Shown: one piece after another, positions 59,384 to 64,000 of the stretch | Layout of the letters: the number at the start of each line of letters is the position of its first letter | Position numbering within the stretch: the first letter of the stretch is position 1 | NCBI GenBank assembly: GCA_964596425.1 | Contig: CAZQTC010000007.1 | Span: forward strand, 10,294 to 74,293 | Length of the DNA stretch: 64,000 nucleotides | Source: an uncultured Spirochaetales bacterium | GTDB lineage: Bacteria; Spirochaetota; Spirochaetia; SZUA-6 | Direction: 5' to 3' | Notes under the pieces: model-generated | Seen by the model: the letters and a program-made list of their open reading frames with translations, nothing else | Databases searched by the model: none | What the model was told of the DNA's origin: nothing | Program-made: the position numbers and the translations under genes

Positions 59384-60118
59384 CTATCTATCCTTCAACC
59401 TTCCAAGTCTAAAAACAAAAACGGAAACCTCAAAGAGAAGCCACAGAGGAAGAGCAACTATTATCATAGAAAGGGGATCCGGTGGTGTTACCAATGCTGC
59501 TATAAACATTGTAACAGGAATCACAAAACGACGCACCTTCCCAATGTTCTCAACTTTCAAAATCTCCATCTTTAAGAGAAGGTAGGTAATAGCCGGAATA
59601 AGCACAAGAACCAGATCCACCAGAGCCAGCATCACATAAAAATTCAGGAAGGTGGAAACCGAAAAATGATAATAAATAGCAGAAATGGCAAAGGTTTTCA
59701 CAAACAAGCGGAGAAGATACGGAGAAAACCAAAAAAGCACAAAACCCGTTGCACCGGAAAAAACAAACACTACAACTGTGAGGAGGACTAAAACTTTTCT
59801 CTCATGCGGCAGCAAACCGGGAAGGACAAACCTGAGTACCTGAAGGATAAAAAAGGGGATACTCACAACAAGTGCTGAGAACGCGGAAACCTTAACTCGA
59901 GACAAGAATGGTTCAAAAACGGATATATAGTAAAGTTTAAGCCCGGAAAAATGAACGAGAAAAGTAATAAGTCTAAGGGATAGGTAAAAATAGGCAACCA
60001 GAAAGAATACAAAAAACACCCCAATTGCCCAGAGTATCTTTACCCTTAAATCCTCCAGATGTTCCCAGAAGGAAAAATCGTCAATCTTTTTCTTTATCTT
60101 CCTTGATCTCTTCCTCAA
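59384..60118 (-). CDS. tatC: Twin-arginine translocase subunit TatC
   Basis: Six TM helices, with the TatC N-terminal signature (FWEHLEDLRVKILWAIGVFFV). Confidence 0.85.
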   Translation of the reverse strand: MRKRSRKIKKKIDDFSFWEHLEDLRVKILWAIGVFFVFFLVAYFYLSLRLITFLVHFSGLKLYYISVFEPFLSRVKVSAFSALVVSIPFFILQVLRFVLPGLLPHERKVLVLLTVVVFVFSGATGFVLFWFSPYLLRLFVKTFAISAIYYHFSVSTFLNFYVMLALVDLVLVLIPAITYLLLKMEILKVENIGKVRRFVIPVTMFIAALVTPPDPLSMIIVALPLWLLFEVSVFVFRLGRLKDR

Positions 60119-60263
60119 CCGAAAGATCTTCTCTCTCCTCCAACCCCTTTCTAAACTCTCTTATTCCCCTTCCTATCGAGCGCGCTATATCCGGGATTCT
60201 CTTAGCCCCAAAAATGAGTATAAGAACTGCAACTATAAGGATTAGTTCCCATGTTCCCAACAT
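60081..60263 (-). CDS. tatA: Twin-arginine translocase subunit TatA/E
   Basis: MLGTWELILIVAVLILIFGAKRIPDIARSIGRGIREFRKG: a TM helix, the hinge FG, and an amphipathic helix. It overlaps tatC by 38 bp in a different frame. Confidence 0.8.
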   Translation of the reverse strand: MLGTWELILIVAVLILIFGAKRIPDIARSIGRGIREFRKGLEEREDLSVEEEIKEDKEKD

Positions 60264-60729
60264 ACCTATACTATACTACACGACAAACAAATTTGCCATA
60301 CCGATTATTTCACAATTAAAAATAGACGTACGAAAACCACAGACCAAAGGGGCTCATTGCCCAATTCAATACTCGAGATAAATCCGGGAGCCCTCAAAAT
60401 TGCAGAAATTCTCGACGGTGAACTTAAAGGAAAGGGTCAACGAACTTACCTCATGAGATTCCACTAATCCTCAAACAGAGTACAACCGAATCTTTGGCTT
60501 TGCTTTGGAAACGATGAAATTACAAATCACATTCACCCAGCATTCCTCTGTCCCCCTTTGGTACCTGGAGAGATTAACAGCGGCTCAAGAGTTCAATTTT
60601 TCACTTGATTTTTTGCCTGCACCGGTATATAATTAATTCGGATTATGAAAAAATTAAACAATATATTAGCAATATTAACAAATAATTTACTTTATAATAA
60701 AGAATTATATTAATTTTGGACAAAATAGA

Positions 60730-61935
60730 ATGAAGCACAATAGCCCGCTTACCAGCTCTTTCTCCTCAACCAGAAAAACCACCGATTTAAGGGAAAGAAA
60801 CATATCATCTGTACTCTATACCCTTCTTACCCATGATAATATATCACGCAAACAAATAATCGAAATAACGGGACTCGCTCCCTCTACAGTATCAAGCATA
60901 ACAGACTATCTCCTGGAAACAGGAATAATAAAACGAATAGGTAATTTAAGTTCTTCGGTTGTTGGTCGAAAATCTGACCTGCTTGCCCGTAACCCTAAGG
61001 CAAGTTTTGTTGGTTCCGTTTATCTAACCCCGGAACGCTGTCAGGTGGCAATAGTAGATTTTAATTATGAAATTGTAGAAAAACGCTATATAGATTTTGA
61101 GGAAGGATTTAAAGAATCCAAGACTTTTAGGATTATTACTCTCCTAAAAGAACTACTCCACAATCAAGACAATCAAAACAATCTGCATGCAATTAGCCTG
61201 GCACTGCCACATCATCCATTCGACAACCGAATAATCATAGACGCCTTTAAAAATGAATTCGATCAGACAATCTTCCCAATAAACAACGTCGAGGCAATGG
61301 CAAGTTATGAGTACTATGCTCACCTAAGCAAGCGACTACACACTCTCATTTTCGTGTATATAGGTACGGGAATAGGTTCGGGACTAATAATAGACGGAAA
61401 ACTTTACAAGGGAATCTCTGGAAACGCAAGTGATCTCGGACATGTGTATATAACCGATAAACCTCTTGTTTGCAGATGTGGAAGGAAAGGGTGTCTGGAA
61501 ACCGTTTCTTCCGAACTAGCATTATCCAAGGCATTTACAGAACATTTTGAACTAAATCGTTACTTAAAAAGAGAAGAACTAATTCAATTTATCCGTGAAG
61601 GAATAAAACGTAAAGACGATTACATCATCTCCAAACTCGAAGAGGCTGTTTTCTACCTTAGCAGGGCATTGTTCAACTTAGCTTCCATCATCGATCCCCA
61701 GGAGATTGTAATAACAGGAAGAATAAACCAGCTCAATCCGTACTTTTCCAACATGTTAGAAACGGCCTATGTCGAACATTCCAAAATTGACAGATTCCCA
61801 CTCATTCCTCTAAGTTTTATCCCTCTACACGAAGAGGCAGGATTAAAGGGGTCCGCTATGTATTCATTTATCAGCTTATACTGCAATTCAAGCCAGAGAA
61901 AATCCATATTAAACACCGGCAATAATAAACCTTAA
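60730..61935 (+). CDS. ROK-family transcriptional regulator (second copy)
   Basis: N-terminal wHTH (QIIEITGLAPSTVSSITDYL). ROK zinc motif CRCGRKGCLETVSS. Confidence 0.8.
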   Translation: MKHNSPLTSSFSSTRKTTDLRERNISSVLYTLLTHDNISRKQIIEITGLAPSTVSSITDYLLETGIIKRIGNLSSSVVGRKSDLLARNPKASFVGSVYLTPERCQVAIVDFNYEIVEKRYIDFEEGFKESKTFRIITLLKELLHNQDNQNNLHAISLALPHHPFDNRIIIDAFKNEFDQTIFPINNVEAMASYEYYAHLSKRLHTLIFVYIGTGIGSGLIIDGKLYKGISGNASDLGHVYITDKPLVCRCGRKGCLETVSSELALSKAFTEHFELNRYLKREELIQFIREGIKRKDDYIISKLEEAVFYLSRALFNLASIIDPQEIVITGRINQLNPYFSNMLETAYVEHSKIDRFPLIPLSFIPLHEEAGLKGSAMYSFISLYCNSSQRKSILNTGNNKP

Positions 61936-61946
61936 GGAGGTAATAT

Positions 61947-63095
61947 ATGAACCTAGACACAACGGTAAAAGAGAAACTTGAAAAACTCGGTCATGCTCTT
62001 ATAGATCAAAAGGAGGCAAGAATAGTTATCCCCCCCATGGACAATAGGGAAGGGTTTTGGTTTGGTGGTGGTAACATGGTAGAGGACAAGAACGGTAATT
62101 TCTATCTTTGCGGTAGATACAGAAATGCCGGTGACTCACGCTACGGATTAGGAAAGGGAGAAAGAGGGTTGGAACTTGCCATATTTAAATCCGAAGATAG
62201 GGGGAAAACCTTCAAAAAAGTCCTAAGTTTTTCTAAAAAAGATCTAAGCTACGACGGATACGAGGTTATTTCCATAGAGGGCTCCTGGTTACGACTAAAA
62301 GACAATCCCAAGGAATCGGGTATCAGTTCTTCGGGCGATTCCTCTCGAGTGGAGCTTTACGTATCCACAGAAAAGAGCAACATACCCTACCCTAAAGGGC
62401 TGGAATCCTTTAAAAAACCTGGAACTGGGGTATGGACAATAGACATAATTGAATCGAATGCCGTCGAATCACTAAATCCCTTCACTATCAAGCCACTTCT
62501 AAAATCTGAAAACTCGCAGTATCTCCACGTAAAAGATCCCTTCGGATTCACAGACAAGGAGGGGAATATAATAGTGGGATTCTGTACCCACCCATTCTGT
62601 TGGTCTAGTTCCAACAGTGCCTATGCACTCAAAAACAGGGAAACGGGTAAGATAGAAGAAATTAACTATACATTTTTTCCCAGAGGCTTTACGTGGGATG
62701 TGGCAATGACACGAATGACAGATGTAATGAAGGTGCCCAAACTGGGAGTTCTAAAAAACCTTCCAACAGTTTATCTTATATTTTACGACGGGGGAGAATC
62801 GGTCAGGAAATACGAGGAACATCCAAATGCCGTAAAAAGACCAAGAGGATACTCCTGTGAGGAGATAGGAGGATTGGCATTTTCTACAGAACGCGACTTT
62901 CCAGAGATAGAACGCCTTTCAATTAATCTACCTGCCTTTACCTCCCCATACGGTACAGGGGCAAGCAGATATGTATCTACCCTCGTTACAGAGGAAGGCA
63001 TATATGCTACGTGGGAACAGTCTCAGGAAGATCACTCTCAACCCCTGGTGATGCACTTCCTTTCGATGAAAGAAGTGGAGAAGATACTGAGTTAA
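61947..63095 (+). CDS. BNR/Asp-box-containing beta-propeller protein (sialidase-like / glycosidase-like), cytoplasmic
   Basis: Asp-box SEDRGKTF (S-x-D-x-G-x-T-W/F). Beta-strand-rich, with conserved DP/DG turns (VKDPFGFTDKEGN). No signal peptide. It lies 11 bp after the ROK regulator. Confidence 0.4.
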   Translation: MNLDTTVKEKLEKLGHALIDQKEARIVIPPMDNREGFWFGGGNMVEDKNGNFYLCGRYRNAGDSRYGLGKGERGLELAIFKSEDRGKTFKKVLSFSKKDLSYDGYEVISIEGSWLRLKDNPKESGISSSGDSSRVELYVSTEKSNIPYPKGLESFKKPGTGVWTIDIIESNAVESLNPFTIKPLLKSENSQYLHVKDPFGFTDKEGNIIVGFCTHPFCWSSSNSAYALKNRETGKIEEINYTFFPRGFTWDVAMTRMTDVMKVPKLGVLKNLPTVYLIFYDGGESVRKYEEHPNAVKRPRGYSCEEIGGLAFSTERDFPEIERLSINLPAFTSPYGTGASRYVSTLVTEEGIYATWEQSQEDHSQPLVMHFLSMKEVEKILS

Positions 63096-64000
63096 GAGAA
63101 CTCCCAAATCCTTCGGATTTGGGGGTTTTAGTTCCATCAACGATAAACTTAGAGACTTCACTATTCATGGTACTTATAGCCTTCTCAAGATTATAGCTTT
63201 CATCTGCAACCCTCACAATTACCTCTGTCACATTAGTAATTTTTTTATCCATACTCTTCAGCGCCCGGAGTATAGCCTTGGAGAATTCTCTTATCTCCTC
63301 CATAGAATGCGCTATCCTATTCACACTATCTTGAATAGTGGAATAATCATCCTTAATACGAAGCTGAGCTTCATCCAGGGAGTTCATGGCTAACAAAATC
63401 TCTTTCCCTCCCTCAGAAAGCTCGAAGGTATTATCGGATATCTCTCCCAGTCCATTAACTACCCCGTTAATAGCCTCATTTATCTCTAAAAATGCAAGGT
63501 TCGTTGATTCACTCGAATCTGCCGTTTCTTCAATTCGAGTAATAAGTTTTCTTAAAACCCCAGATATACTCTTGGCATTCTGGGCGGTTGACTCGGAGAG
63601 TTTTCTAACCTCATTAGCTATAACCGCAAACCCTTTCCCGGCCTCTCCAGCATGAGAGGCCTCTATCGCTGCATTCATAGCCAAAATATTAGTCTGAGCT
63701 GATATCTCTTCAATAATTGAGGACATTTTAAAAAGAGAATCTATATCAGCCACCATGCTATTCACCAATCCATTCGTTCTCTTTAATTCCTCCTCTCCCC
63801 TTGATGCACTCTTCAACAACGCTTCGGATTTTTCCTTCTCTCCTATTGCACGTTTAGAAATATCGTTAAGAGAAGAAATAGTTTGCTTAACTGCCGTGGT
63901 AGATTCGATTATAGCAGCAGTCTGATTTTCTATCTCACCGTGTAAACTCTCAATACTTTCAACAATTCTCTGTATACCCTTATCACTCTCCTCTATATAG
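63007..64000 (-). CDS. Methyl-accepting chemotaxis protein, C-terminal signalling part (partial, continues beyond the window end)
   Basis: Highly conserved MCP hairpin tip NILAMNAAIEASHAGEAGKGFAVIANEVRKLSESTAQNA. The frame is open from position 64000 on the minus strand, so the ORF-track start at 63819 is a TTG inside the gene. Its 3-prime end overlaps the convergent BNR gene by 89 bp. Confidence 0.8.
   Translation of the reverse strand, partial: YIEESDKGIQRIVESIESLHGEIENQTAAIIESTTAVKQTISSLNDISKRAIGEKEKSEALLKSASRGEEELKRTNGLVNSMVADIDSLFKMSSIIEEISAQTNILAMNAAIEASHAGEAGKGFAVIANEVRKLSESTAQNAKSISGVLRKLITRIEETADSSESTNLAFLEINEAINGVVNGLGEISDNTFELSEGGKEILLAMNSLDEAQLRIKDDYSTIQDSVNRIAHSMEEIREFSKAILRALKSMDKKITNVTEVIVRVADESYNLEKAISTMNSEVSKFIVDGTKTPKSEGFGSSLNSVSSPLLSSKGSASPGVESDLPETVPT

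Overview
The window is a gene-dense chromosomal segment (about 41% GC) from what looks like an anaerobic, sugar-fermenting diderm bacterium that uses sigma-54. Coding capacity is dominated by minus-strand operons with frequent 4-bp start/stop overlaps. In order, the main content is: (1) a CBS protein, then an unusual soluble ABC-ATPase::histidine-kinase fusion, a sigma-54 NtrC-type response regulator and a periplasmic PBP-I sugar-binding protein; (2) a trimeric electron-bifurcating-type [FeFe]-hydrogenase hydCBA; (3) a TolC/HlyD/MacB-type tripartite efflux operon with two different FtsX permeases; (4) a nitrogen module, in which a near-consensus sigma-54 promoter precedes OMP, a small protein, a sensor kinase and an NtrC-like regulator, placed convergently against glnK-amtB, which has its own sigma-54-like promoter; (5) an MMPL/RND transporter and ogt; (6) a hemerythrin-like protein, a membrane CheA-like Hpt kinase lacking a CheW domain, and CheY; (7) tRNA-Phe(GAA) with a terminator; (8) a YtrA-type GntR, an SPFH protein and a LolD/FtsX-type ABC operon; (9) a copper island with csoR, a His-rich CPH-type CopB ATPase and a SHOCT protein, flanked by two identical CsoR-box-like 15-mers; (10) a GH65 phosphorylase and beta-phosphoglucomutase with a LacI regulator, two perfect palindromic operators and an ATPase-less sugar ABC transporter; (11) a DsrE-like protein and a MATE pump; (12) a ROK-regulated sugar ABC operon carrying a large DUF5107/TPR-like protein; (13) a Gfo/Idh/MocA oxidoreductase and an alpha/beta-hydrolase; (14) a Tat-signal DUF362 protein with a NapH-like membrane polyferredoxin next to tatA-tatC; (15) a second ROK regulator with a BNR/Asp-box beta-propeller protein, and a partial MCP at the window edge. 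No CRISPR array, transposase, integrase or rRNA was seen. All domain calls come from motifs read in the translations (Walker A/B, H-box, GAFTGA, H-cluster motifs, CPH/DKTGT and similar). No database search was run. Several start codons in the ORF track are TTG or otherwise doubtful and are flagged in the feature evidence.
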